NCBI GenBank assembly: GCA_050331235.1
Contig: JBHJHA010000088.1
Coordinates: forward strand, 1-64,000
Reading direction: 5' to 3'
From: Leptolyngbyaceae cyanobacterium
GTDB taxonomy: Bacteria > Cyanobacteriota > Cyanobacteriia > Phormidesmidales > Phormidesmidaceae
DNA length: 64,000 nucleotides
Shown: positions 11,301-20,116 of the stretch, piece by piece
How positions within the stretch are numbered: the stretch's first letter is position 1
How the letters are laid out: every line of letters begins with the position of its first letter
Position numbers and translations under genes: made by a program
The notes under the pieces: model-generated
What the model saw: the letters and a program-made list of their open reading frames with translations, nothing else
Database searches by the model: none
Told to the model about the DNA's origin: nothing

Positions 11301-13450
11301 CGAATCTCCTCATCCTCTGGTACAACATCAAAGTCTTGATAGTTACCGTAATTAGCTAAATAAGTGCCGTCACGGTTAGCCCGCACTACCAAATCAGGAA
11401 TGGCCGCCAAAATGGCCTGATTTTCCGCCTCTTTTATGGTCAAGGCGATGGTTGCCTGTTTAGTGGCGGTGACATCTTGCGTCAGCCCAATCAGCTGCAC
11501 AGCTTCGCCCTCATCGTTCATGATGGGATAAAACCGCTCTGTCAGCCAGCGAATCTCCCCCGTGTCAGTCTGGATGCGAAACTCGATGACAATCGTTTCA
11601 TCTGATGTAAAGGTATATTGCTCATCGATGAGATATTTCGCTACCCGATCGCGATCGTCGGGATGAATGCGCGCTAGCAAACAGTCAAACCCGTCTTCAA
11701 TCTGATCAACGGGAAGGCCCCAAACCGCTTCAAAATTAGGGCTGGTGTAAATGGGCCGATTGGTCTTAATGTCATCAATCCAAAATACGGCGTCGATGGT
11801 ATTGGCAATCAGTTGAAAGCGGTGCTCAGAAGCTTGCAAGGCTTGTTCTGACACATGGCGATCGCTAATGTCGGTGATGGTGCCAACATACCCTTGGACC
11901 TGTCCATCGAGGCCACGTTCAGCGACCGCTTGACAGACAATCCAGGTGACTTGCCCCGTTGGTTTGAGAAAGCGGCATTCAGCTTGGAAGAGGCGGTTTT
12001 CTGCAACGGCTTGATACCACTCAGCAATCACGCGGTCATGGTCTTCTGGGTGCAGCGCCTTTTCCCAACCGGGCCCCAGCACCTCTGTCAGGGGATAGCC
12101 CGCAATTTCACACCATTTGTCGCTGGCAAAGGTGCAATACCCCCGCTCATCAGTGCGAAAGATACCCACTGGCGACACGGAGACCAAGTTGGCATATTGC
12201 TGCTCCCGCTCGCGGATAATCAAATCGGCTCGTTTGCGATCGGTGATGTCCGTAACGGCTCCAACAAAGCCGATGCAGGCACCATCACAGCTAAATTCTG
12301 GCTCTACCTGAACATAGATCCAGCGAATGCTATCGTCGGTTTGTTGGAGCCGATATTCAACCGTGGTAGACCGCTGTTGCTCCACTACCTGACGCCACTC
12401 AGCGACTAGCCAGTCGCGATCGTCGGGATGCACTGCCTGTTGCCAAGCGTCGCCCAAAGCATCTGTATCGGTCAACCCGGTGATCTTGCTCCAGCCTGCA
12501 TTGGTAAAGATACAGTTGCCGCTGACATCCGCCCGAAAAATGCCCACCGGAGCCACTGTGAGCAAATCCGCATATTGCTGCTCACCTACCGGCCGGATCG
12601 TCTCTGGATGCTGGCGATCGCTGACATCCCGCACAATTACCAGGGCTTCATTTTGGTTACAGGGGGCAATCCGGATTTCTTGACACCGAGATTTGCCATG
12701 AATGTCAATCGTTTGTTCGTAGGTGACGGTTGTCCCGGTATCTAGAGCCGTTGCCAGATGAGTCATGCGCTGGCTAGCGAACTCAGACGGCACCAGGGTA
12801 GAAAAGTGATGGCCAACGCAGGTGTCCGGTTGATTGAGCGAGATCCCATCAGGCACCGTAATGAACTCTAGGTAATCCCCAGCGCGGTTGACGCGAAAAA
12901 TCAAGTCTGGTAGAACCGGCTGCGGCGCCAGTGGGGCCGGAGAGGCAAGGAACGTCTCCATTGAGCATTCCTCGTCGGGCTGGTCTAGGGGCATTGTTTC
13001 TGTAGGCTGACTGGCCCATATGGCCAACAGACTGGCTCGGGTCAACGTACCCACGAGCTGATTGTGATCATCCACCACCGGCACGAGCCAGTCTGCATGG
13101 GTCTGGCTGCTTTCAAGCAGACTCGCAATGGTGGGTAATGCCGTCAGCCGTACGATTTGCGGGGGCGGCACCATCACCGTCTCGACCAAACAATCCTCTA
13201 GGTCAGTCGGCGACAGCAGCAGTGGCAGCAGCGATCGCTGGGTGACAATCCCGACGACTCCCGACTCAGCAACGACTACAGCCCCGAATCCTGCTACACC
13301 TGGAGAGCTGCCATTGGCGACGGCGCGGCCATTTTCAGAGGCGGCATTGGCCCCTGACAGCCAGTGCGCGATCGCGGGTTTAACCGAGGTTTTTGGAGCA
13401 ACCACAATCGGATTGTGATTAATCGCGGCAGCTAAGCTTTGCGGCACCAT
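5366..13450 (-). CDS. Giant cytoplasmic CBS-multiPAS-GAF hybrid histidine kinase (2694 aa)
   Basis: Degenerate N-terminal CBS pair, ten or more PAS/PAC repeats (HPDDR, DITxRK), two GAFs, SHELRTPLN H-box, NAVKFT, GTGLGL, C-terminal REC. Confidence 0.93.
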   Translation of the reverse strand: MVPQSLAAAINHNPIVVAPKTSVKPAIAHWLSGANAASENGRAVANGSSPGVAGFGAVVVAESGVVGIVTQRSLLPLLLSPTDLEDCLVETVMVPPPQIVRLTALPTIASLLESSQTHADWLVPVVDDHNQLVGTLTRASLLAIWASQPTETMPLDQPDEECSMETFLASPAPLAPQPVLPDLIFRVNRAGDYLEFITVPDGISLNQPDTCVGHHFSTLVPSEFASQRMTHLATALDTGTTVTYEQTIDIHGKSRCQEIRIAPCNQNEALVIVRDVSDRQHPETIRPVGEQQYADLLTVAPVGIFRADVSGNCIFTNAGWSKITGLTDTDALGDAWQQAVHPDDRDWLVAEWRQVVEQQRSTTVEYRLQQTDDSIRWIYVQVEPEFSCDGACIGFVGAVTDITDRKRADLIIREREQQYANLVSVSPVGIFRTDERGYCTFASDKWCEIAGYPLTEVLGPGWEKALHPEDHDRVIAEWYQAVAENRLFQAECRFLKPTGQVTWIVCQAVAERGLDGQVQGYVGTITDISDRHVSEQALQASEHRFQLIANTIDAVFWIDDIKTNRPIYTSPNFEAVWGLPVDQIEDGFDCLLARIHPDDRDRVAKYLIDEQYTFTSDETIVIEFRIQTDTGEIRWLTERFYPIMNDEGEAVQLIGLTQDVTATKQATIALTIKEAENQAILAAIPDLVVRANRDGTYLANYGNYQDFDVVPEDEEIRGRSIVDYLPQAVAERQLLAIQQALDTGEPQTFEQRLCVDDSCHYEEFKAVKLTDDEALYVVRNISDRKRAEIRLAQQNQLLERIAANEPLADIFTAIILTAEADLKGGLGSILQLDGQNRLVHGAAPHLPAGYLQAVDGVTIGEGVGTCGTAAYRQATVCSVDIARDPLWQNFKAIALEHDLQACWSVPVISSQGAVLGTFGIYYNTPKNPTDEELEAISQLAKVTAIAIERDRTAKALRASEARWQFALEGTQQGVWDWHVPTGEVFYSQQWKGMLGYEAAEIGNTFDEWESRVHPHDLAQCYVELEQHIAGKIPVYLQEHRVRRKDNTYAWILTRGKVVEWTADRQPQRILGIHTDITARKQAELQLRQQDAQHRAILSAIPDLMFRVNADGIYRGFVKLDEAFALVTSEDAILNRSLEEVLPSDVAKRQRRALQRALATGNMQTYEQRLKVDDRWQDEEVRVIQCGDDEALFMIREITDRKQAERDLRLAEARLRKAQALANIGNWEVDHHRHVVFWSEQVYHILELPTDQVVSCELFLSRAHPDDRDTVHQTYLHHLDSKTPYDLIYRLQMADGRIKHIHEHCETDFTTDGRPLISRGSIQDITRLQEAELEKGRLHNALQHVVQGTAALTGEQFFAAFARHIAEALQIHHVAICRVTDHGFENMIFWSEGELHPSARSFSFDAVLPCTQALEMGEYLHLNDLHLAYPNYDLIAGKHVESYIGLGLHDTAGKAIGVLAILHDRPIPHVEGTHLLLKIFAARAGAELERQQHYESLQHLNAELESRVEARSRQLADQKAQLADFLDHANDLIHSHSLPEGRFAYVNRAWERTLGYPADEAQALTIYDVLHPGCRDRYEQLCEQMAAGQRSAIDQFELVLLTRSGQPINIECNINCQIVNGQPVSIRSIGRDITERKRTAAERDRLLTLLESSNNEIYIFNAHSLKFVFANHGAVQNLQYNLETIKQKTPVDLKPNFTEASFRSLIAPLLAGEVANLLFEAQHRRADGSFYPVEINLQAHSYLGETFCLAVVSDISERLATQQENQRLRERLEFLLSESPAVIFTCHPDSDYGATFIGENIRNLVGYTDTEFLAQSSLWRDNLHPDDVPPVLARLEQAHVNHEYRFRHKAGHYVWLRAELQQIHDADGNLIEYIGYLADITEIKQAEEDLRDRERLLELFFTQSQDGFFFMMLDTPICWDSTVDKNAILEHAFHHQRITKVNQAFLNQYGAANTDFIGQTPADLYSEAPLTGKLLWRQLYDNGRLHLNAQEQKLDGTSIWVEGDYICLYDQAGRITGHFGIQRDMSGFYEVVANLEASEAKYQRLVDDIGDKFVVFSYSSSDRQITYLSSGVNTVFGLPREHILGNSWLETICWLPHSAALLEVYDQRLQQGVDDSQQFEAEFRHPDGGQRVILIVQHPVFDETEQLIAIEGVVEDVTEQKQAERELKRSQRFITSVAQASPNILYLFDLALRRNIYTNRDIAIVLGYAPTELEGIGDRFLISKMHPDDLHRYRQHYRQFAHLADGEIIECEYRLQHADGSWRWLISRDAVFKRNANGEVQQIIGTAQDISDRKLAESQLYRTNQELERATRLKDEFLASMSHELRTPLNAILGMTESLKEQIFGTVSDRQQKALNTIENSGTHLLELINDILDVAKIEAGQLEIEPSPVPVDTLCSSSLLFIKHQALQKSIHLSSTIPQQIPDLLVDERRVRQILINLLSNAVKFTPERGQIVLQVQRNPNYATDHHAHYLDISISDTGIGIARKNLDKLFQPFVQIDSALNRQYAGTGLGLALVKRIAELHGGQVTVQSEEGIGSCFTVTLPCAEKQFPVCRDIHSQHTVSIAAECSTAASPLLLLAEDNEANVLTLSSYLEAKGYRLQVARTGHEVISMVDNGESPDLILMDIQMPGIDGITATQHIRQVLQKDIPIIAQTALAMEGDRDRCLAAGADEYITKPIKFRELSNLIADLLQKNQ

Positions 13451-13593
13451 ATCGTCCAGCGATTCCTATTAATTACAGACTGGGCCAGTCTGTATCTACA
13501 TTTTGGCCATGGGGCCTATCGCTCACAAGATATAGACAAATTCAAACAATAAAATTTACAGCGTCCTGCGGCTGACTGCTAAGCATAACTGAC

Positions 13594-16500
13594 CTAAAGG
13601 TCTTTACCTATGTTGCCCACTGGGGTCGCCAACAAACGCTGAACTAGGGTGCGCAGGTCCCGCAGCTTTACCGGCTTGCTGATGTACTCAGTGGCCCCGG
13701 CGGCCAAACAGCGATCGTGGTCTTTTTGCATCGCCAGTGCCGTGAGCGCCACAATGGGAATGTGGGCCAATGTAGCCGTTTCTCGTATCTTTTGGATAGC
13801 TGTGATGCCGTCCATTCCCGGCATTTGAATGTCCATCAAAATCAAATCTGGGTGCAGCAACTGTGCTTTTTCCACCCCTTCAAAGCCATCTTTCGCCACC
13901 GCAATTTGGTAGCCAAACGCTTCTAAATAGCTAGATGTTGTCAATACATTGGCCGGATTATCTTCGACTAACAAAATGAGCTGCTCGGCGGGGAGCGGGG
14001 GAGACTGACTCGGCTGAGAATCGTCATGGGGGGCGTCAGCTGGTTGAGATAAACCAGGACCCTCGACGCCCGCATCGTCCGGCGGGTGGTCCAGTTCCGC
14101 AATGGGCAAATAGAGAGTAAAACAGCTGCCCTGCTCCAGTTGGCTGGTCACATCCACATAGCCACCGTGGAGTTCCACCAGCTGCTTCACCAGCGACAGG
14201 CCTAGCCCAGTGCCGCTGTATTGTCGGTTGAGCGAGCTATCGACTTGCACAAACGGTTGAAACAGTTTGGGCAGATCCTCGGGGCCGATGCCGATGCCCG
14301 TGTCTGCGACGGAGACGGCAATGTAGCGATCGCCCGTCTGGGTGTCAGCGGTCTCCCATTGGACGGTGAGCGTGATTTTGCCGCCCTCCGGGGTGAACTT
14401 AACGGCATTGTTCAATAGATTGATGAGAGCCTGGCGAATGCGGCGCTCGTCGAGCATCAGCATGTGCAACTGCGGCTCAATACTGACGATCACTTGAATA
14501 TTTTTCTTCAGTGCCTGCTGCTTAATGAAAACCTCACTCGACTCGCAAATGTAGTCGATGTTGGTGGCGGCTTTGTCTATCTTGACCTCGCCGGAGCTGA
14601 TTTTAGCAATATCTAAAATGTCGTTGATCAGCTCCAGCAAGTGAGACCCGCTCTGTTGAATCGTATTCACCGCCTTGCCTTGCTTGGGATTGAGCGATCC
14701 CAGCAGCTCTTCTTTGAGCGATTCGGTCATCCCCAAAATGGCGTTTAGAGGCGTTCTCAGCTCATGACTCATGTTGGCCAAGAACTCGTCTTTGAGGCGG
14801 GTCGCCCGCTGCAGCTCGGCATTGGCTAGCTGTAAGCTGGCCTCAGCCTGTTTGCGATCGCTAATATCTTGGGCGGTACCGATGATTTGTCTGACCTGAC
14901 CATCGGCATCATAGGTAAAAGCTGCATCGCGACTGTAAAACCAGCGCCAGGTCCCGTCGGTGCGCCGCATCCGGTATTCAAACTCCAGGACTTCGCCTTC
15001 GGTCAGTGCCTTGAGTTGCGCCGTGTGAGCTTGAAACTTGGGCTGGTCGTCAGGATGCATTAGCTGTTCCACAAAGCTGTGCCCCATCGCCTGAACTGTA
15101 CCGGCCGAATAGCCCAACACCTGGGAAAGTTCCCGGTTGCAGTAGAGATTTTGATTAGTGACCAAGTCATGGAGATAAAGCACATTGGGAGAGGCGTCAG
15201 CAATCTGCTGAATAAACCGCTGACTCGCCTGAAGCTCTCTTTCTGCCCGCTTGCGCTCAGTTTCGTCTCGAAAAATGGCTCGGGATGAAGTCGGTTTGCC
15301 GGCCTCTATGCGGCAGTTAATGCTCCCCTCGACGATGACTGGCTCCCCAGCTTTAGTGATAAAGGTGAGCTCAATACGAGGAATCGTTTGTAACTCACCC
15401 GCTTGCATCTGACGCAGCGCGGCTTGACAGTGGGGCTGGCATTCTGGGGCTAAAACGTCAAACAGACTAAGGTCAACCAGTTCGGCTGCGGAGTAACCCA
15501 GGGCTTTTTGCCAAGATTGATTGACATACTCAAAGCGCGCATCCTCTAGCTGCACGATTTGGATGAGATCATTGGCGTTATCGAGAAAGTCCTGCAGCCG
15601 TTCCTCTTGCTGTTGCAGCTCGGCAGTGCGCTGGGCAACGCGGTATTCCAGCTCAATATTGAGCTGTTCTAGCTGAAGAATTGCCTGTTGGCGCTCTAGT
15701 TCGCTAGCGGCCCGGGCAGCAAAGACCGTGAGTAGCTTTTCGGCCCAGGCACTATTCTTAATCTGGCCGCGCTCGACAATACACAAGTTACCGATCGCTT
15801 CTCCCTGTCGGTTTTTCAGCGCCACGCCGAGATAACTTTCCGCCTGGAGCATTTGTAGATGAACATCCGTCGGAAATTTTTCCTGGACGCGATCAGGGCA
15901 AAAATACCCCCCAGACTGCAGCGATAGTTCGCAGGGCGTGCCCTCCACCGCATAGCTAAACAAGGATTGCAGAGCCTCATCTGACCAAATGTCTAACACC
16001 TGGAGCTGATTGCCGATGCGTTCGGTGAGAAAGACGTAGGGCACTTCCAAGGTTTTAGCAATGTGCTCCACCAAAGCGGGGAAAAATTCCCGTCCCGTGG
16101 TGGCAGCCGTCGCTTCAATTAAGTTGTGTAGCTGTTCTTCGGCTTGTTTGCGATCGCTAATGTCTTGGATTACCGCCATGGCATAGCTGACATTGCCCGC
16201 TCCATCTCGCACTGGCGATACGTCCACATTGGCCCAAAAGCTGCTGCCGTCATGGCGCAGATACCGTATTTCTTGCACAAAGGAAGGCCAATCGCCGGCA
16301 AACAGCTTCTCTCGATCTGGCTGGATGCGATCGCGATCGTCGGGGTGAGTCAGATCGGCGATCGTCTTTGCCAGCATGGCCTCCGGCGAATAACCAAACA
16401 TTTGGCAAGCGGTCGGATTGGCCTGCAAAATAGTGCCATCTGGAGCGGCACTGATAAATCCCACTGCCGCCTGGTCAAAAATACTGCGATAGCGATTTTC

Positions 16501-19032
16501 GCTTTCCCGCAGTTCCCGTTCGGCCTGGCGGCGATCGGTGACATCCATCGCCATAGAAATCGCCACCTGACGGCCGTCGGACAGTTCTTCCAGCGGGGCT
16601 GTGCTAAAGTGCCAAACCCGCTGCTGGCCATCCCGGGTTTTGATCACAAACTCACCCTCATCCTGGGCGGCTGACAGTTCATACTGCTGGGCAATGCGAT
16701 CTTGATAAACGACTTCCGCGTTTTCCCCATAGGCGAGCTGCAGCCAAGCTTTCACGGTGGGTAGGTCTTGGCTGTCATACCCCGACAGCTGCGCCCAAGC
16801 CTGATTAGTTTGTAAGATCTCGCCGTCTTCGGCGTGGATCATGATTGGGAAAGGGGCAAACTGCAGCGCTCGACGAAAGCGCCGTTCACTTTCCTTTAAC
16901 CGCTGCTCGGCTGCCTGTCGCTCAGCCTCAATGCGTTTGCGCTCGCTCACATTCCGAATTATGAAGAGCACTTCGTCCTCTCCACTCTGGATGATTCTGA
17001 CTTCTTCGTCTTGCAGATGGTTATTGACCCAGATCTGCTGTTCATAAATTTGCAGTTCGCCGGTTGCGATCGCCCTCTGGATCGCTTGGGTATGGCGATC
17101 GGCAACGGCAACGGGCAAGACCTCATGCATCGTTTTGCCCACAGGGCTATCGATGTGGTTTAAAGCATCAATTTCTGGGCTAAAGGTAATGTATTGCAGA
17201 TAGGTGCCGCTGCAACTCACCCGAAACATCAAGTCCGGGATCGCGGCTAAGATGGCCTGGCTTTGGGCTTCTCGCTGTTGCAAGGCTAGCTCGGCAGCTT
17301 TTCCGGCGGTAATATCGGTGATGGCTCCGACATAGGCGATGACGTTGCCGTCTTGATCGTGTTCAGCCGCGACGGATTGCCCATAGACCCAAGTTACTTT
17401 GCCCGTTTTGACGTGCTGAAAGCGATACTCTAGCTTGAAAGGCCGCTGCTCTTGAGATGCGGCGTACCACTCGGCAGCAATGCGATCGCGATCTTCCGGA
17501 TGCAGTGCCTCACTCCAGCCGTATCCCCGCGCCTCTTCAAGGGTCAGTCCGGCAATCTCTGACCAGAGCTCATTGATGTACGTACAGCAGCCATCTGCAT
17601 CCGTGTGGAAAATGCCCACCGGCGCTGTGTTGACCAAGATTCGGTAGCGTTCTTCGCTTTGACGTAGCTTTTCATCCGCTTGCTTTTGCTCGGTGATGTC
17701 TGTCACCATGGCCAGCGCCCCAGTGTGCTGACCGTCGGGGCTGTAAAGGGGATTAGCCGCAATCTGTGTCCAAATCAAGGTGCCATCTGGCCGCTGAAAG
17801 CGAAATTCATGGGCTTCTTTAACGCCTGCTTGCCGTTCGGATAGCTTGGCTTGGGCGATGGGGATATCAGCCGCCTTCATAAATTCAAAGACGGTTTTAC
17901 CCAGCATGTCTTCGACCTCGTAGCCCAAGATTTCTGCCATGCGCGGATTGGCGTAGCTGGTTCGGTGCTCGCTATCGAGGGTCCAGACGCCTTCTAATGT
18001 CGTCTCGACGACCTGGCGATAGCGCTGTTCGCTGGCTTTGAGCTCAGCCGTGCGCGATCGCACCTCAGATTCCAGCGAGGCGGCGCGACTTTCCAACAGG
18101 GCAATTTTCTCCGCTTCTAAAGTCGCAACTTTTTGGGTCAAAACCTCCGTCATGTTGTACAAGTCGAGGGGATTGAGCACCTGGAGCAGGCTGGTTTGGG
18201 TGACAATACCCAACAACTCACCGCGATCGCCGTTGACCACCACCCGCCGAATGTTGCGCTGATGCATCAGATTTTGCACCATCAGCAGGCTATCCGCCTC
18301 CGCCACCGCAAAAACGGGGGAGCTCATGAATGACCGCACCTGATTTTGCTGCAGGCCTAGCTCCAGCGCCTGAAACTGGACAAGATCCCGCTCGGTCAAA
18401 ATGCCCACGGCCGTCCGCCTGCCGTCTGCGTCATGGCTGGCAACGACCACGCAGCTAATGCAAGCCTCTGCCATGACGGCCGCCGCCGCTGCCATCGTTT
18501 GCTCCGGACCGATGCACATCACATCGGTGGTCATCACGTCCGCGACCCGGCTGATGCGCAGGAGGTCCATTGGTCGCACCAACTCCCGCAGACTCTCTTG
18601 GGTGACCACGCCCATGACCTGACCGTGATCATCCAGCACAGGCAAATGGCGGATTTTGTGCTCTTGCAGTAGCCCCAAGGCGGCAAAAACATCCCCCAGG
18701 GCTGACTGCTGCATCGCAACGACCGGTTGGGTCATTACATCGCCAACCCGTAATCCCTCAAGACTGGCATATTGCACGCTCAGCCGCACCACGTCTCGCT
18801 CCGTCAAGATGCCGACCACCTGTCCCTGATCAACCGCGAGTACACAGCCGGAACGGGCGCCTAAATGCACATCATTTGATGCAGTTTGAGGGGTAGTGAG
18901 GCAATGGTCATGGAGACCGCTCATCAGGGCTATGGCATGACCTACGGGCGCCTCTGGAGAAACGATAAGAGGCGCTCGGACGATCGCAGACTCAACATTA
19001 TTTAGAGAAGTCACACTTAGCTCTAAGCTCAA
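13594..19032 (-). CDS. CBS(x4)-multiPAS-GAF hybrid histidine kinase (about 1812 aa; start uncertain)
   Basis: GILTERD CBS repeats, several PAS/PAC, GAF, SHELRTPLN, HATPase, REC. Confidence 0.93.
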   Translation of the reverse strand: MSLELSVTSLNNVESAIVRAPLIVSPEAPVGHAIALMSGLHDHCLTTPQTASNDVHLGARSGCVLAVDQGQVVGILTERDVVRLSVQYASLEGLRVGDVMTQPVVAMQQSALGDVFAALGLLQEHKIRHLPVLDDHGQVMGVVTQESLRELVRPMDLLRISRVADVMTTDVMCIGPEQTMAAAAAVMAEACISCVVVASHDADGRRTAVGILTERDLVQFQALELGLQQNQVRSFMSSPVFAVAEADSLLMVQNLMHQRNIRRVVVNGDRGELLGIVTQTSLLQVLNPLDLYNMTEVLTQKVATLEAEKIALLESRAASLESEVRSRTAELKASEQRYRQVVETTLEGVWTLDSEHRTSYANPRMAEILGYEVEDMLGKTVFEFMKAADIPIAQAKLSERQAGVKEAHEFRFQRPDGTLIWTQIAANPLYSPDGQHTGALAMVTDITEQKQADEKLRQSEERYRILVNTAPVGIFHTDADGCCTYINELWSEIAGLTLEEARGYGWSEALHPEDRDRIAAEWYAASQEQRPFKLEYRFQHVKTGKVTWVYGQSVAAEHDQDGNVIAYVGAITDITAGKAAELALQQREAQSQAILAAIPDLMFRVSCSGTYLQYITFSPEIDALNHIDSPVGKTMHEVLPVAVADRHTQAIQRAIATGELQIYEQQIWVNNHLQDEEVRIIQSGEDEVLFIIRNVSERKRIEAERQAAEQRLKESERRFRRALQFAPFPIMIHAEDGEILQTNQAWAQLSGYDSQDLPTVKAWLQLAYGENAEVVYQDRIAQQYELSAAQDEGEFVIKTRDGQQRVWHFSTAPLEELSDGRQVAISMAMDVTDRRQAERELRESENRYRSIFDQAAVGFISAAPDGTILQANPTACQMFGYSPEAMLAKTIADLTHPDDRDRIQPDREKLFAGDWPSFVQEIRYLRHDGSSFWANVDVSPVRDGAGNVSYAMAVIQDISDRKQAEEQLHNLIEATAATTGREFFPALVEHIAKTLEVPYVFLTERIGNQLQVLDIWSDEALQSLFSYAVEGTPCELSLQSGGYFCPDRVQEKFPTDVHLQMLQAESYLGVALKNRQGEAIGNLCIVERGQIKNSAWAEKLLTVFAARAASELERQQAILQLEQLNIELEYRVAQRTAELQQQEERLQDFLDNANDLIQIVQLEDARFEYVNQSWQKALGYSAAELVDLSLFDVLAPECQPHCQAALRQMQAGELQTIPRIELTFITKAGEPVIVEGSINCRIEAGKPTSSRAIFRDETERKRAERELQASQRFIQQIADASPNVLYLHDLVTNQNLYCNRELSQVLGYSAGTVQAMGHSFVEQLMHPDDQPKFQAHTAQLKALTEGEVLEFEYRMRRTDGTWRWFYSRDAAFTYDADGQVRQIIGTAQDISDRKQAEASLQLANAELQRATRLKDEFLANMSHELRTPLNAILGMTESLKEELLGSLNPKQGKAVNTIQQSGSHLLELINDILDIAKISSGEVKIDKAATNIDYICESSEVFIKQQALKKNIQVIVSIEPQLHMLMLDERRIRQALINLLNNAVKFTPEGGKITLTVQWETADTQTGDRYIAVSVADTGIGIGPEDLPKLFQPFVQVDSSLNRQYSGTGLGLSLVKQLVELHGGYVDVTSQLEQGSCFTLYLPIAELDHPPDDAGVEGPGLSQPADAPHDDSQPSQSPPLPAEQLILLVEDNPANVLTTSSYLEAFGYQIAVAKDGFEGVEKAQLLHPDLILMDIQMPGMDGITAIQKIRETATLAHIPIVALTALAMQKDHDRCLAAGATEYISKPVKLRDLRTLVQRLLATPVGNIGKDL

Positions 19033-19746
19033 AAAAAGCCGATTTAATAGTTGTCTTTATAATGCCCTGACTGTTTGACAGAAATAGAATTATTCACATT
19101 ATTCCTAGCTGACCAATGATGTAAAGATTTTGGCTGTCAGCCTTGGGCTAGGCTCCCCATCATAACCCCGTGCATCTGGGCGGCGGTGCGAATTAATCGA
19201 CAGTGGGCAATTTCAGTCGATTTCTGTCTGCGGCATTGAGGCTATGGCGACTGGTCATCATGAAGATTTCTGGTCGCATAGACGCTGCTATTCAACATAA
19301 ATGACTTAAACCAAAATTGATATGCCCGTAACGCGCTGGGGTACCTTAACAAAGACCATGGGGACCTGGGGAGATCTCGGTTCTACGGGCGGCCACTCGG
19401 TGCCGTTGGGGCTTTGCCCGCTTCTTGAAGCCAACTAGCAATGCTATGGACGTTCTTTTAGCGATCGCCCCAGGGCTAATAGAATGAACCAATCGCCCAG
19501 ATTAGCAGTCGGGTACTGGCCCCCGTCGATGCTCGCTTGAATGGCGCGGTTGATATCGACCCAACGTTTTGGCGGTTAGACAGGAGACGTTTAATGTCGC
19601 CATCATTCTCCATCTAGCTGACTGGCATCCTCAGGAACGCATCACAGCAGCTTAGTGATTCAAATTTCGGTTGTGCCAACACCCCTGGTTCCCTCTCACT
19701 GTTCATTACTGTGAACCCTCAAACCCTTCGTCAGGAGAATTTGATA

Positions 19747-20043
19747 ATGGAAGTTACCTGTGTGCATGTGTATGTCAAGCCCGAGAACGTAGCAGATTTC
19801 ATCGAAGCCACTCGGATTAACCACAAAAACTCAGTTCAAGAGCCCGAGAACCTGAGATTTGACGTTCTTCAAGATCCACAAGATTCGACCCATTTTTTAC
19901 TGTACGAGGCCTACAAAACTAAGGCCGGAGCCGCTGCCCATAAAGAGACCGAGCATTACCTAACTTGGCGAGAAACGGTGGCAGACTGGATGGCCCAGCC
20001 GCGCCAAGGGGTGCCTTACACCGTGATTGAGCCTACCAGCTAA
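19747..20043 (+). CDS. ABM-family protein, LsrG-like
   Basis: EPENLRFDVLQD..FLLYEAY...AAAHKETEHY closely follows the LsrG/ABM pattern; AGGAGA RBS upstream of ATG 19747. Confidence 0.85.
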   Translation: MEVTCVHVYVKPENVADFIEATRINHKNSVQEPENLRFDVLQDPQDSTHFLLYEAYKTKAGAAAHKETEHYLTWRETVADWMAQPRQGVPYTVIEPTS

Positions 20044-20116
20044 ACCGGGCACGGGGTCATCCTTCGGCCCGTCACGCTTACCGGAGAAAACGCGCCCCCC
20101 AATTTCAGGGTTTTCC

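Noticed and set aside
5590..18719. Many 60-180 aa ORFs overlapping the giant kinases
   Set aside because: Antisense or alternate-frame shadows of long genes with no recognisable motifs
19033..19746. Structured RNA or small gene in the 700-bp divergent intergenic region
   Set aside because: No convincing stem, terminator or ORF could be identified by eye
19747..20043. Complete AI-2 (lsr) uptake system
   Set aside because: No lsrK, lsrF, lsrR or lsrACDB in the window; only family-level similarity is supportable
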